Shown here piece by piece: positions 39,718-48,373 of a DNA stretch of 64,000 nucleotides. This stretch comes from Gammaproteobacteria bacterium. GTDB lineage: Bacteria > Pseudomonadota > Gammaproteobacteria > Pseudomonadales > IMCC2047. The position numbers and the translations under genes are program-made. Under the pieces are notes generated by a model. That model was not told the DNA's origin, did no database searches, and worked only from the letters and a program-made list of their open reading frames with translations. The stretch covers positions 1,955 through 65,954 of the forward strand of contig JAJFKB010000001.1 of the NCBI GenBank assembly GCA_021773395.1, read 5' to 3'. Positions within the stretch are counted from its first letter, which is position 1. Each line of letters starts with the position of its first letter.

Positions 39718-39930
39718 ATGAGCGAGTTAGATTTCAAAGCCCTGGAGCTTAAAGTTAATCAGTTAATTGAAGTTTGCAAACTACTTGATGCCAAGAACAA
39801 AGCACTGGCTAAAGAAAACCAAACTTTCAAACGAGAGCGCTCGCAGGTAATTCAGCAAAAAGACCTGGCTCGCACCAAAGTAGAACATATGATTAGCAGC
39901 CTTAAAGCAATGGAACTGAACAATGGCTGA
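39718..39930 (+). CDS. Small coiled-coil protein preceding zapA (ZapB-like or TIGR02449-like)
   Basis: 70 aa heptad-rich protein (LELKVNQLIEVCKLLDAKNKALAKENQTFKRE). Its stop overlaps the zapA start. Confidence 0.5.
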   Translation: MSELDFKALELKVNQLIEVCKLLDAKNKALAKENQTFKRERSQVIQQKDLARTKVEHMISSLKAMELNNG

Positions 39931-40213
39931 TTCACGCGACACGGTAAGCGTTTCCATTCTCGACAAGGAATATCTAATCGCCTGCCCGCCCGAAGAACAG
40001 AGTGCGCTACTGCAATCCGCGCGCTATCTCGACGAAAAAATGCGAGAGATCCGATCTTCTGGCAAGATCCATGGATTGGAGCGAATCGCCGTGATGGCTG
40101 CATTGAATATTACACACTCACTGCTACAAAAAGATCAGGCGCATAACTCAGGGCAGGAAACCGCTCTTCGCCTCGCCACCAAGGTCGATCAATTTCTGCA
40201 AGAGATTTCTTAA
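39923..40213 (+). CDS. zapA: Cell division protein ZapA
   Basis: 96 aa, VSILDKEYLIACPPEEQSALLQSARYLDEKM. Followed by ssrS and ygfA as in E. coli. Confidence 0.85.
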   Translation: MADSRDTVSVSILDKEYLIACPPEEQSALLQSARYLDEKMREIRSSGKIHGLERIAVMAALNITHSLLQKDQAHNSGQETALRLATKVDQFLQEIS

Positions 40214-40310
40214 AACATTTTCTTGTCAGCATCATCTGGCGTAAAGCAAATTGGTCTAAAAAAGTCGGCCTAAAAAACTGACAAAATCCACGACTAATAT
40301 ATACTTAACC

Positions 40311-40497
40311 ATAAGCTCTCTGTTTCGTTTGCTAGTTAGTTTAGTCCTCGAGCCTATATTTTTTATATTGGGGGCAACTTCAGAGTGATGGTGTGCATGT
40401 CCGCTAGTCCGGAAAGCCTTTTTCATTCAAGTGGCCACCGCCTTGGACCAATGGTTCAAGGGCCTCGCTAACAGCGGCGTTATGGAGAGCATTTACG
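40311..40497 (+). ncRNA. ssrS: 6S RNA
   Basis: Collinear with E. coli 6S as I recall it: GUCCUCGAGCCUAUAUUU vs GUCCCCUGAGCCGAUAUUU; GGUGUGCAUG...GAAAGCCUU vs GGUGAGCAUG...GAGAAGCCUU; CCUUGGACCAAUGGUUCAAGGG vs CCUUGAACCAAGGGUUCAAGGG. The 5' AGCUCUC pairs with the 3' GAGAGC closing stem. Ends are approximate. Confidence 0.85.
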
Positions 40498-40570
40498 TCC
40501 TGCCGCTCAGAAACCGCCATAATTCATAGTGAATTTAACCTGCGCATAAGAAAAATATATAACTTTGCAC

Positions 40571-41158
40571 ATGAGCGATAACACACGACTTCGACTTCAA
40601 ATTCAACAGCAGCGATCAGCACTTGGCAGCGCCGATCAATTACACGCATCGCAACGGCTAGCCCATCAAATAAGCCAATCAGAACTGTTCAAGCAAAGTA
40701 AAAAAATTGCTTTTTACCAGGCGCACGGGGGAGAGATCGACCCGGCTGCGCTGTTAAAGCTTGCCTGGAAATCGGGCAAACTCTGCTATTTGCCTGTAGT
40801 GGATGGCAATGGAGCAAATCAATTGTTTTTTGCGCCCGTTGAGCAGGATACGGTACTCATTCCAAACCGCTACCAAATTGCCGAACCCGAGCATCAATTA
40901 AACCAACGATGCCCCGCTGAAGCGCTTGATCTAGTGCTGGTACCGCTGGTTGCGGTTGACTCTAGCGGTAATCGCGTCGGTATGGGCAAAGGCTATTATG
41001 ACCGTAGCTTTGCCTTTATGCTTAACAACAGCCAACGCCAAAAACCCTTTTTACTGGGATTAGGCCACGATTTTCAACTAGTTGAAAACCTGGTTCGAAA
41101 TGCCTGGGACGTGCCGCTCAATGGGCTGGCAACAAACAGCCAGTTGCTCCTGTTTTAG
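40571..41158 (+). CDS. ygfA: 5-formyltetrahydrofolate cyclo-ligase
   Basis: Track start is TTG at 40565, with an ATG at 40571. Contains the GxGxGYYDR motif (GMGKGYYDRSF). Located downstream of ssrS. Confidence 0.85.
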   Translation: MSDNTRLRLQIQQQRSALGSADQLHASQRLAHQISQSELFKQSKKIAFYQAHGGEIDPAALLKLAWKSGKLCYLPVVDGNGANQLFFAPVEQDTVLIPNRYQIAEPEHQLNQRCPAEALDLVLVPLVAVDSSGNRVGMGKGYYDRSFAFMLNNSQRQKPFLLGLGHDFQLVENLVRNAWDVPLNGLATNSQLLLF

Positions 41159-41328
41159 AAAAACGAACATTCCTAATGGCACCACCTTAAGAAGACCGCC
41201 CACTCCCCCGCTCGAGCGATAGGGTTGGAGTGAGGGTGCAAATGGCCCTTGAGTGCTCTCCCGGGAGAAGGGATTTTTTTAGTTTAATTAGCTGAAGGCA
41301 GTGCCATTCCAAACACCCCTTTCACCTG

Positions 41329-42855
41329 CTACTGAAGAAACATCTGGTAAGCTGGATTTTCGGTTTCTTCACTATAGGGATAGCCAATTTTGTCGAAGTA
41401 GGCCCGGGCCAGCTTTTTCTCTTTCGGTGGCACCTGCAACCCTACCATGACGCGCCCGTAGGCGGCACCATGATTGCGGTAATGAAACAGCGTAATATTC
41501 CAGCGTTGCCCCAGGGTTTGCAAAAACTTCATTAGAGCACCGGGGCGCTCTGGAAATTCAAAGCGAAAAACCACCTCATGATCAACGGTCGGCGCATGCC
41601 CCCCGACCTGATGACGGACATGCAGCTTCGCCATTTCATTATCCGTCATATCCAGTACATGGTATTTCTTGCCTCGTAACTCTCGCAGCAAATCGCGACG
41701 GGCCGACCCGGCATCGCTGAGCTGAACACCCACAAACACCTGTGCTTCACTGGAGTCCGAATAGCGGTAATTAAACTCCGTAATATTGCGCTTCCCCAGC
41801 GCCTCGCAAAATGCTTTAAAGCTGCCAGTCTGCTCAGGGATCACCACAGCAACAATCGCCTCGCGCCGCTCGCCTAGCTCAGAGCGCTCAGAAATATGCC
41901 GCAACCTATCAAAATTAACATTTGCACCGCTATCGATTGCCAATAGCGTTTTATTTTTCAATCGACGATTTTCAACATACTTTTTCAGGCCAGCCACCGC
42001 CATCGCACCTGCCGGCTCGGCAATTGAACGCGTATCATTAAAAATATCTTTAATCGCCCCACAGATTTCATCGGTACTGACGGTGACGATCTCATCGACA
42101 CATCTTTGCGCAATCCGAAAAGTCTCTTTTCCAACCTGAGCAACAGCCACCCCATCGGCGAAAATACCCACCTCTGGCAATATCACGCGCCGTCCCTTTT
42201 CCAATGCCGCTTTCATACAAGCCGAATCTTCCGCCTCTACACCAATCACCTTCACTTCAGGCCGAACATATTTGATATAAGCCCCAACACCGGCTATCAA
42301 TCCACCGCCTCCAACGGGCACGAAAACCGCATACAAGGGCCCAGTAACCTGCCTCAGTATTTCCATACCAATCGTTCCTTGTCCGGCAATCACATCTGGA
42401 TCGTCAAAGGGATGAACGTAGGTATAATTTTTTTCCTTGCCCAGCTTTTTGGAATACGCAGAAGCTTCATCATAGGTATCCCCATGCAATATTACCTTGG
42501 CACCAAGCGCTCGCACCGACTCCACTTTGATATCCGGCGTAGTCTTGGGCATCACAATAATGGTACTGACCCCCAACTGCTTACCGGACAGCGCCAGACC
42601 TTGCGCATGATTTCCGGCAGAGGCCGCAATCACGCCTTTTTTCCTCTGGGCAGGAGATAATCGCGAAACCTTGTTGTACGCACCGCGCAGTTTGAATGAA
42701 AAGACCGGTTGCAGGTCTTCGCGTTTCAACAGGATACGGTTCATGTAACGCTGCGACAAAAAACGCGCTTCATCAACCGGCGTTTCAATAGCCACATCAT
42801 AGACCTGGGCTTCCAGAATTTTTTTTACATATTTTTCAGGCATCTTTCCAGCCAT
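41329..42855 (-). CDS. ilvA: Biosynthetic threonine dehydratase
   Basis: 508 aa with PLP Lys context SFKLRGAYN and two C-terminal regulatory (ACT-like) repeats. Confidence 0.93.
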   Translation of the reverse strand: MAGKMPEKYVKKILEAQVYDVAIETPVDEARFLSQRYMNRILLKREDLQPVFSFKLRGAYNKVSRLSPAQRKKGVIAASAGNHAQGLALSGKQLGVSTIIVMPKTTPDIKVESVRALGAKVILHGDTYDEASAYSKKLGKEKNYTYVHPFDDPDVIAGQGTIGMEILRQVTGPLYAVFVPVGGGGLIAGVGAYIKYVRPEVKVIGVEAEDSACMKAALEKGRRVILPEVGIFADGVAVAQVGKETFRIAQRCVDEIVTVSTDEICGAIKDIFNDTRSIAEPAGAMAVAGLKKYVENRRLKNKTLLAIDSGANVNFDRLRHISERSELGERREAIVAVVIPEQTGSFKAFCEALGKRNITEFNYRYSDSSEAQVFVGVQLSDAGSARRDLLRELRGKKYHVLDMTDNEMAKLHVRHQVGGHAPTVDHEVVFRFEFPERPGALMKFLQTLGQRWNITLFHYRNHGAAYGRVMVGLQVPPKEKKLARAYFDKIGYPYSEETENPAYQMFLQ

Positions 42856-43062
42856 TGGTTCTTTGATTAATGCCAGTATGATAATGAGTTATCAACCGCT
42901 AAGTCCAGGGAAGCTAAGTGCAAGCGATGAAATAATCGAAGCCATATGGATCAAGTAGGTTCGAAACCGCTTCGTAATAACGCTATTACCTCTGGGATAA
43001 GCATTGCGATAACCTTATAATCTCTGCAGAACCCCTTAACCACCGCGCATCCAAATATACAT

Positions 43063-43737
43063 ATGACCCAAGACGACCTTAAAAAGGCGGTCGCGATCGC
43101 CGCAATTGAACACATCAGTAGCCTCCTGGAAAACGATACTATAGTGGGTGTCGGCACAGGCTCAACCACCAACTTTTTTATTGATGAACTGGCGAAAATA
43201 AAACACCGCTTTGATGGTGCTGTATCCAGCTCGGTTGTCAGTACAGAGCGACTCAAGGCTCATGGCATCCCTGTCTACGAATTGAATGTCGTAGACAGGA
43301 TTGCAGTTTATGTGGACGGCGCAGATGAAACCAACTCAAACCTTGAATTGATCAAAGGTGGTGGTGGTGCGCTAACGCGGGAAAAAATTGTAGCCGCCGT
43401 TGCCGACTATTTCGTCTGTATTGTTGATCATAGCAAACAGGTCGATGTACTGGGAGAATTCCCACTACCCATCGAGGTCATTCCCATGGCACGCAGCCAC
43501 GTTGCGCGCGAAATGCTGCAGCTCGGCGGCACCCCGGAATACCGCCAGGGCTTCGTCACAGATAATGGCAACATCATTCTGGATGTATACAATCTGGATA
43601 TCAGCCAACCCACCAAGCTGGAAAGCGAAATCAATAATATCGTCGGCGTGGTCAGCAACGGTTTGTTCGCCCAAAGGCCTGCTGATCTATTATTGGTCGG
43701 TAGCGACAATGGCGTACAAAGTATTGCTCGACGTTAA
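43063..43737 (+). CDS. rpiA: Ribose-5-phosphate isomerase A
   Basis: [13 protein letters not shown] and [11 protein letters not shown] motifs. Confidence 0.93.
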   Translation: MTQDDLKKAVAIAAIEHISSLLENDTIVGVGTGSTTNFFIDELAKIKHRFDGAVSSSVVSTERLKAHGIPVYELNVVDRIAVYVDGADETNSNLELIKGGGGALTREKIVAAVADYFVCIVDHSKQVDVLGEFPLPIEVIPMARSHVAREMLQLGGTPEYRQGFVTDNGNIILDVYNLDISQPTKLESEINNIVGVVSNGLFAQRPADLLLVGSDNGVQSIARR

Positions 43738-43820
43738 CGGACTGCAATTAACAGCTTTGGCGTTAACAGTTATGCCTCCCAGCGCTCCCATGTTACCGGC
43801 TTATTTTGTACAGGCGATTC

Positions 43821-44864
43821 ATGGCAAAATTTAGCTTTAGCCAGGCTTTATTGGATTGGTTTGATCAGCATGGGCGTAAGGACCTGCCCTGGCAAAATAA
43901 TATCTCCCCCTATCGCGTTTGGGTTTCAGAGATCATGCTCCAGCAAACCCAAGTAAACAGCGTCATTCCGTATTTTGAGCGATTTATACAAGCCTTCCCG
44001 AACATTGACAAGCTGGCACTGGCTGAGGCAGATCGCGTTCTTAGTCTCTGGGCCGGCTTAGGTTATTATGCCCGCGCCCGAAATCTACATAAAACCGCAC
44101 AAATAATTCACGCCGAATACGAAGGTCAGTTTCCTCAGTCATTGGAAGAGTTGACCAGCCTACCGGGAATCGGGCGATCCACCGCTGGAGCCATTATCAG
44201 TATCTCAATGCAAGGTTGTGCAGCAATTCTTGATGGCAACGTCAAAAGAGTCCTGACACGTTTTTTAGCCATCGACGGCTGGCCTGGTAAAAGCTCTGTA
44301 CAGAAAGAGCTATGGCATTATGCGGAACGCTTTACGCCAACAAAAAGGGTCGCCGACTATACCCAGGCAATTATGGATCTGGGTGCAACGCTCTGCACAC
44401 GATCCAAACCCAACTGCCACCTTTGCCCCTTAAGCCCAGAATGCAAAGCCTTAAAATCAGGGCAGCAAGATCAATTTCCTACGTCAAAGCCTAAAAAAGA
44501 CATTCCAACACGCAACGCCTTTTTCCTCATACTGCAAGACCAGCGGGGAAAAGTGCTAATGGAAAAAAGACCCCCCAATGGAATTTGGGGTGGACTCTGG
44601 AGTCTGCCAGAACACGAAGTTGAAGAAACACTGCTGCAGTGCATCGAACAGCAGCACCATTGTTCTTTAAAACTGGTCAAACCCGGGAAAAAACTTCACC
44701 ATACCTTCTCCCACTTCCGGCTCATCATCCAGCCCATTCATGCCACAACGGTAACACAACCCAACCACATTCTAGAACCTGATCGATGGGGCTGGTTTAA
44801 CCATGAAGAAATAAAGGAAAAAGGAGTTCCTGCTCCTGTCAGCAAGCTATTCAATTCTCCATAG
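43821..44864 (+). CDS. mutY: A/G-specific adenine DNA glycosylase
   Basis: Track start is TTG at 43806, with an ATG at 43821. HhH-GPD (LPGIGRSTAGAI), a 4Fe-4S Cys cluster (CTRSKPNCHLCPLSPEC) and a NUDIX-like C-terminus. Confidence 0.9.
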   Translation: MAKFSFSQALLDWFDQHGRKDLPWQNNISPYRVWVSEIMLQQTQVNSVIPYFERFIQAFPNIDKLALAEADRVLSLWAGLGYYARARNLHKTAQIIHAEYEGQFPQSLEELTSLPGIGRSTAGAIISISMQGCAAILDGNVKRVLTRFLAIDGWPGKSSVQKELWHYAERFTPTKRVADYTQAIMDLGATLCTRSKPNCHLCPLSPECKALKSGQQDQFPTSKPKKDIPTRNAFFLILQDQRGKVLMEKRPPNGIWGGLWSLPEHEVEETLLQCIEQQHHCSLKLVKPGKKLHHTFSHFRLIIQPIHATTVTQPNHILEPDRWGWFNHEEIKEKGVPAPVSKLFNSP

Positions 44865-44924
44865 CGCAGAGTAAACAGCTACAGTACAATACTCATTCGT
44901 TCCGAAATTACATTAGGATAATTC

Positions 44925-45203
44925 ATGAGCCGCACTGTATTCTGCAAAAAATATCAAAAGGAATTGGAAGGGCTGGATATACCGCCCTACCCCGGTCCCA
45001 AAGGGCAGGAAGTCTACGATAATATTTCAAAACAGGCTTGGCAGGAATGGCAACAGCACCAAACCATGATCATCAACGAACGCCAGCTGAACCTGATGGA
45101 ACCCGCTGCGCGAAAGTACCTGGCCGAGCAGATGGACAAGTTCTTTGCCAATGAAGACTTTGATAGCGCCGAAGGCTATGTGCCACCCAGCAAACCAGAA
45201 TAG
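44925..45203 (+). CDS. yggX: Oxidative-damage protection / Fe(II)-trafficking protein YggX
   Basis: [18 protein letters not shown]..., 92 aa. Downstream of mutY as in E. coli. Confidence 0.9.
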   Translation: MSRTVFCKKYQKELEGLDIPPYPGPKGQEVYDNISKQAWQEWQQHQTMIINERQLNLMEPAARKYLAEQMDKFFANEDFDSAEGYVPPSKPE

Positions 45204-45225
45204 ATAAAAATTGCCCGAATTACAC

Positions 45226-45254
45226 TTGACTACAAATCCCTAGAACGGTTTAAT
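45226..45254 (+). promoter_or_regulatory. Candidate sigma70 promoter for tRNA-Phe
   Basis: TTGACT, a 17-nt spacer, then TTTAAT, followed by the GC-rich discriminator AGCCGCCC. It lies about 80 nt upstream of the tRNA. Confidence 0.4.
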
Positions 45255-45335
45255 AGCCGCCCTGTCCGAGTGGACCTACCGGCTTCCTCTTAAATCGACA
45301 GGCAATAAGTTTGTAATTTTATAGCACTTCAAAAT

Positions 45336-45411
45336 GCCCAGATAGCTCAGTCGGTAGAGCAGTGGACTGAAAATCCTCGTGTCGATGGTTCGATTCCGTC
45401 TCTGGGCACCA
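45336..45411 (+). tRNA. tRNA-Phe (GAA)
   Basis: GCCCAGATAGCTCAGTCGGTAGAGCAGTGGACTGAAAATCCTCGTGTCGATGGTTCGATTCCGTCTCTGGGCACCA. It folds as a cloverleaf, has the anticodon loop CTGAAAA and an encoded CCA, and is near-identical to E. coli tRNA-Phe. Confidence 0.95.
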
Positions 45412-45417
45412 TTTTTC
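45381..45417 (+). repeat. Direct repeat copy 1 (tRNA-Phe 3' end + 6 nt; att-like)
   Basis: GTCGATGGTTCGATTCCGTCTCTGGGCACCATTTTTC. It is repeated at 46445-46480 with a single G deleted. Confidence 0.85.
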
Positions 45418-45801
45418 AAGTTTTAAATCAATAAGTTATATCCTCATCTCAGCGAATATTACCGCTTAGCCAACATTCAATTGCACACCTTTTGCACACT
45501 CTCAATAAAACAACTACTTTAGTTTCTCTTTTTTTGAACCAAAAAAAGCCGACTAAAGCCAGGCTTTTGTTCATACAAATTGGAAGGAGCCAATACCGCA
45601 AAGGGCGCTTAAGCTTGCATTTTGGTAGAACAAGCTGAACAACGGAAACGACTAAAAGGCGCGGCCATGCACCTAAGCCAAGTGAGCTGCTTTTCCTCCT
45701 TGCAAACTGGACAAGTCACTTATTTCTCTCTGGCTTATAACGTCCAAATTTGTGATCAATAGCAAAGCTTTTTATCCAGCAAGATTTACATGCTATAGCT
45801 T

Positions 45802-46068
45802 TCACTCGTAATGCGTCCACAGCCTTAGTACTTTTACCGCCCGCTCCTCTTCCAGAACCTGATAGACCAAGCGATGCTGAATATTGATCCTACGCGAATA
45901 TGCGCCTGACAAATCGCCGACAAGTTTCTCGAATGGTGGCGGGTTCATAAAAGGATCCTTTTCCAGAACTTTAAGCAGTTCTTGCGCTTTTGGTTTCAGG
46001 CCAGAAGAAGCCAATTTCTTTGCATCTTTCTGAGCTTGTTTCGTAAAGCACAGTTGCCACATTACCAA
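45802..46068 (-). CDS. yoeB: YoeB/Txe-family type II toxin (mRNA interferase)
   Basis: 88 aa: WQLCFTKQAQKDAKKL...GAYSRRINIQHRLVYQV...VKVLRLWTHYE. The C-terminal His-Tyr matches YoeB catalytic residues. It overlaps the antitoxin stop by 7 nt. Confidence 0.88.
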   Translation of the reverse strand: MVMWQLCFTKQAQKDAKKLASSGLKPKAQELLKVLEKDPFMNPPPFEKLVGDLSGAYSRRINIQHRLVYQVLEEERAVKVLRLWTHYE

Positions 46069-46304
46069 TCCAGCGATTTATCAGTGTCAGAAATGTCGGT
46101 TTCCATACCTTCTAGAATGGACTCGCGCATTCCCGGAATGGAAACGAGATAGAGCGTTTCACTAATTGCGTTCCAATCTTCTTCCGCTACAAGAACAGCG
46201 TTCCCTCGTTTACCGGTGATTGTGATCGGTTTGTGCGTGGCCTTTGCCTCATCTATCAGAGCATAGAGCTTTGATCTAGCTTCTGTTGCGTTGAGTGTTG
46301 ACAT
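46062..46304 (-). CDS. yefM: Phd/YefM-family antitoxin
   Basis: The real start is the ATG at 46304 (MSTLNATEARSKLYALIDEA...ITITGKRGNAVLVAEEDW), preceded by a GGAGG SD. The track ORF extends to 46475 only because it reads through the tRNA fragment. Confidence 0.88.
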   Translation of the reverse strand: MSTLNATEARSKLYALIDEAKATHKPITITGKRGNAVLVAEEDWNAISETLYLVSIPGMRESILEGMETDISDTDKSLDW

Positions 46305-46321
46305 GTTGGACCTCCAATTTT

Positions 46322-46338
46322 TATAAGCGTACGTTATA
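46322..46338. promoter_or_regulatory. Candidate yefM-yoeB operator
   Basis: TATAAGCGTACGTTATA: TATAA/TTATA arms around a GTAC core, 18 nt upstream of the yefM ATG. CTATAA-type half-sites repeat at about 46368-46385. A GTAC core is typical of known YefM operators. Confidence 0.3.
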
Positions 46339-46444
46339 GCGAGCGCTTTGTCAAAAACTATAAAAACGCTATAACGCTTTTGCAGCCTTGCAGGAGCCCT
46401 TTCAATTTGTGGGTGATGATATGGACACCTCCCCACTAACCGGC

Positions 46445-46480
46445 GTCGATGGTTCGATTCCGTCTCTGGCACCATTTTTC
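46445..46480 (+). repeat. Direct repeat copy 2: orphan tRNA-Phe 3' fragment (att-like)
   Basis: GTCGATGGTTCGATTCCGTCTCTGG-CACCATTTTTC. The sequence 5' of it (GGACACCTCCCCACTAACCGGC) has no similarity to the tRNA body, so it is not a decayed tandem tRNA gene. Confidence 0.85.
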
Positions 46481-46873
46481 TCCTTTTATTTCATACCTTA
46501 AAGACATCCTGCAGAGCCTAGCTTTGATGCTATTGTCTATATAACGTCTACAAATCAAACTTTCCACTCGGCATAATCAGTGTTCCTCTTATTTTTTGTT
46601 AATTTTTATAGAGAACAAGCCACTGGCTTATCCTCATCATTAACCTTATCTAAAATACTGGCTAAACGGCTACGAAATGATGAATAACAAATTGTGCCTA
46701 TAATATTCCAATCTCTATTTTGTACTTGTACCTATTATTGTACGCAACTACTTTTAAGGACCGCTCAACGACTTGGCACAAACACCCTATGCTTGAGCTG
46801 CAACCGTCAAAGCGAGAGCTATCTGCTTCACACGACATTATTGTCTACATAGGGTTTTGAAGAGTTTTTCTTT

Positions 46874-46899
46874 ACACTGTATTGGCCCGACTACAGGGT
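46874..46899. promoter_or_regulatory. Candidate MerR-type operator/promoter
   Basis: ACACTGTA-N10-TACAGGGT inverted repeat (7/8 match), overlapping a TTTACA -35-like hexamer and 43 nt upstream of the merR-family ATG. Confidence 0.3.
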
Positions 46900-46941
46900 C
46901 AGGGTCCAGACTGGCAACTCGATGAATGAAAGAGGCTCACC

Positions 46942-47370
46942 ATGCTAACGGATTCCCAATTGGCCAGGAAGTTCGGTGTTTCGCGCGCAACTGTCCTTTA
47001 TTATGAAAAGAAGGGGCTGCTCAAGCCAGCCACGCGGTCTGAAAACGGCCATCGCTGGTATGGCCCCGCAGAAGCGAAAGTGCTTGAAAATATTCTGGCT
47101 TACCGCTCCTTTGGTTTACCGGTAGTAAAACTGGCCGACCTTGTTCATCGAAAAAAGGGTGTTGTACAAACGCGTATTTTGCAGGATCAGTTTTATGCTC
47201 TCGACAAAGAGATCGAAACCTTGCGTCAGCAGCAAAAGGCGATTGTTCAACTTCTGAAACAACCAAATTTATTGAAGAAAAATATGGTTACAAAAGAGAG
47301 GTGGGTTGAAATTATGCGTGCAGCGGGCTTAAGCGAGCAGGATATGACCAACTGTCACCGCAAGTTTTAA
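46942..47370 (+). CDS. MerR-family transcriptional regulator, apparently truncated by an in-frame TAA
   Basis: N-terminal HTH (LARKFGVSRATVLYYEKKGLL) and a coiled-coil dimerisation helix. After the TAA (47368-47370) the same frame continues for 27 codons (SMEADEHQRFLESLGIADEEIRRIRSL) to a TGA at 47452-47454, and a strong terminator follows immediately. Confidence 0.75.
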   Translation: MLTDSQLARKFGVSRATVLYYEKKGLLKPATRSENGHRWYGPAEAKVLENILAYRSFGLPVVKLADLVHRKKGVVQTRILQDQFYALDKEIETLRQQQKAIVQLLKQPNLLKKNMVTKERWVEIMRAAGLSEQDMTNCHRKF

Positions 47371-47460
47371 TCCATGGAGGCTGACGAACATCAAAGGTTT
47401 CTGGAGTCACTGGGTATAGCCGATGAGGAAATCAGGAGGATTCGCAGTCTGTGAGGAAAA

Positions 47461-47503
47461 ACAACGTGGCGGCTCAATTTAAGAGCCGCCACGTTGTGTG
47501 TTT
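47461..47503 (+). terminator. Rho-independent terminator
   Basis: ACAACGTGGCGGCTC-AATTTAA-GAGCCGCCACGTTGT, a 15-bp perfect stem, followed by GTGTTT. A second small hairpin (CCGAATAG/CTATTCGG) follows. Confidence 0.7.
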
Positions 47504-47646
47504 AGCCGAATAGCGTCACTATTCGGTGAAGCAGGGTAATTGTGGAAGCAAAGTCAGAAATCATTGTCTACAATTGAAGTAAGAAGGCGTCCTAACCGGA
47601 TGACCAGACCTGTGACAAACCGTTCCCACTAAACAAGGACGAATGG

Positions 47647-48144
47647 ATGAAATTACTCATTAAAGTTCTCATGATCGTACTGATTTTGTTCATGTCGAAC
47701 CTGTTTTTATTCAAGACCATGGATGGTGATGCATCACTGGAAGTTAGCAACCCGACACCCAGCTTCATCTCTGATCTGTTCGATTTCAAAAAATGGGGAA
47801 AGGACATTACCAAGGCTTCCGGTAAAGCAATGGGCGATGAGCATGCCGGACAGACAAAAATCTTTCGCTGGACCTCTGCCGATGGATCCAAGCAGTTTTC
47901 TAACATCCCTCCCACCGGCGTAGAATTTGAAACCGTTTGGGTCGATCCTGACGCCAATATAATAGAAGCACTTAAACCACCCCCCCAGAAAAAGGCCGCT
48001 TCATCCAGTAATACAACAACTTCTCAGACTAGCATACCCTCGCTTTTGACGGTTTCTCCGGATAAAGTAAAAAAACTGGTTGAGGATGCTAAGAAAGTAC
48101 AAGAAATGTCTGACGATCGAGCCAAAACTCTTGAAAAACTGTAG
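47647..48144 (+). CDS. Membrane-anchored DUF4124-like protein
   Basis: 165 aa with an N-terminal TM helix. The core IFRWTSADGSKQFSNIPP matches the DUF4124 signature (Y/F-x-W-x-D-x-x-G-x-x-x-F/Y-S-D/N-x-P-P). It has an S/T-rich linker and a helical C-terminus. SD is AAGGA. Confidence 0.6.
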   Translation: MKLLIKVLMIVLILFMSNLFLFKTMDGDASLEVSNPTPSFISDLFDFKKWGKDITKASGKAMGDEHAGQTKIFRWTSADGSKQFSNIPPTGVEFETVWVDPDANIIEALKPPPQKKAASSSNTTTSQTSIPSLLTVSPDKVKKLVEDAKKVQEMSDDRAKTLEKL

Positions 48145-48373
48145 CTTTCGCTCATCCCTTATATCCCTTTTTCATGAGCAGCAGTTTTGCCACTACTGCT
48201 TTGTCTCGCCAGCACCTGTAGATAATTTATACTCGAAAGCGTATATTTAAAGCGATCTAAAACCTTTTGGTAAGCGACAGACTGAGAATAACTGCGACAA
48301 AGCAGCCATCCGTCGTGTGACACCATCACCGCGCATCCCGCACTCACGCGATGCGTCAGTAACAAAAGGGGGA

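Noticed and set aside
42951-43256. 101-aa minus ORF and a tRNA T-arm-like GGTTCGAAACC (42958-42968) in the ilvA-rpiA spacer
   Set aside because: The ORF overlaps the rpiA start and has no SD or motifs. The T-loop-like string has only a 2-bp stem and no acceptor, D or anticodon arms around it.
46305-46475. Extended 137-aa form of the antitoxin ORF
   Set aside because: The first 11 codons are the reverse complement of the tRNA-Phe fragment and the rest is promoter/operator DNA. The ATG at 46304 has a GGAGG SD and gives a standard 80-aa YefM.
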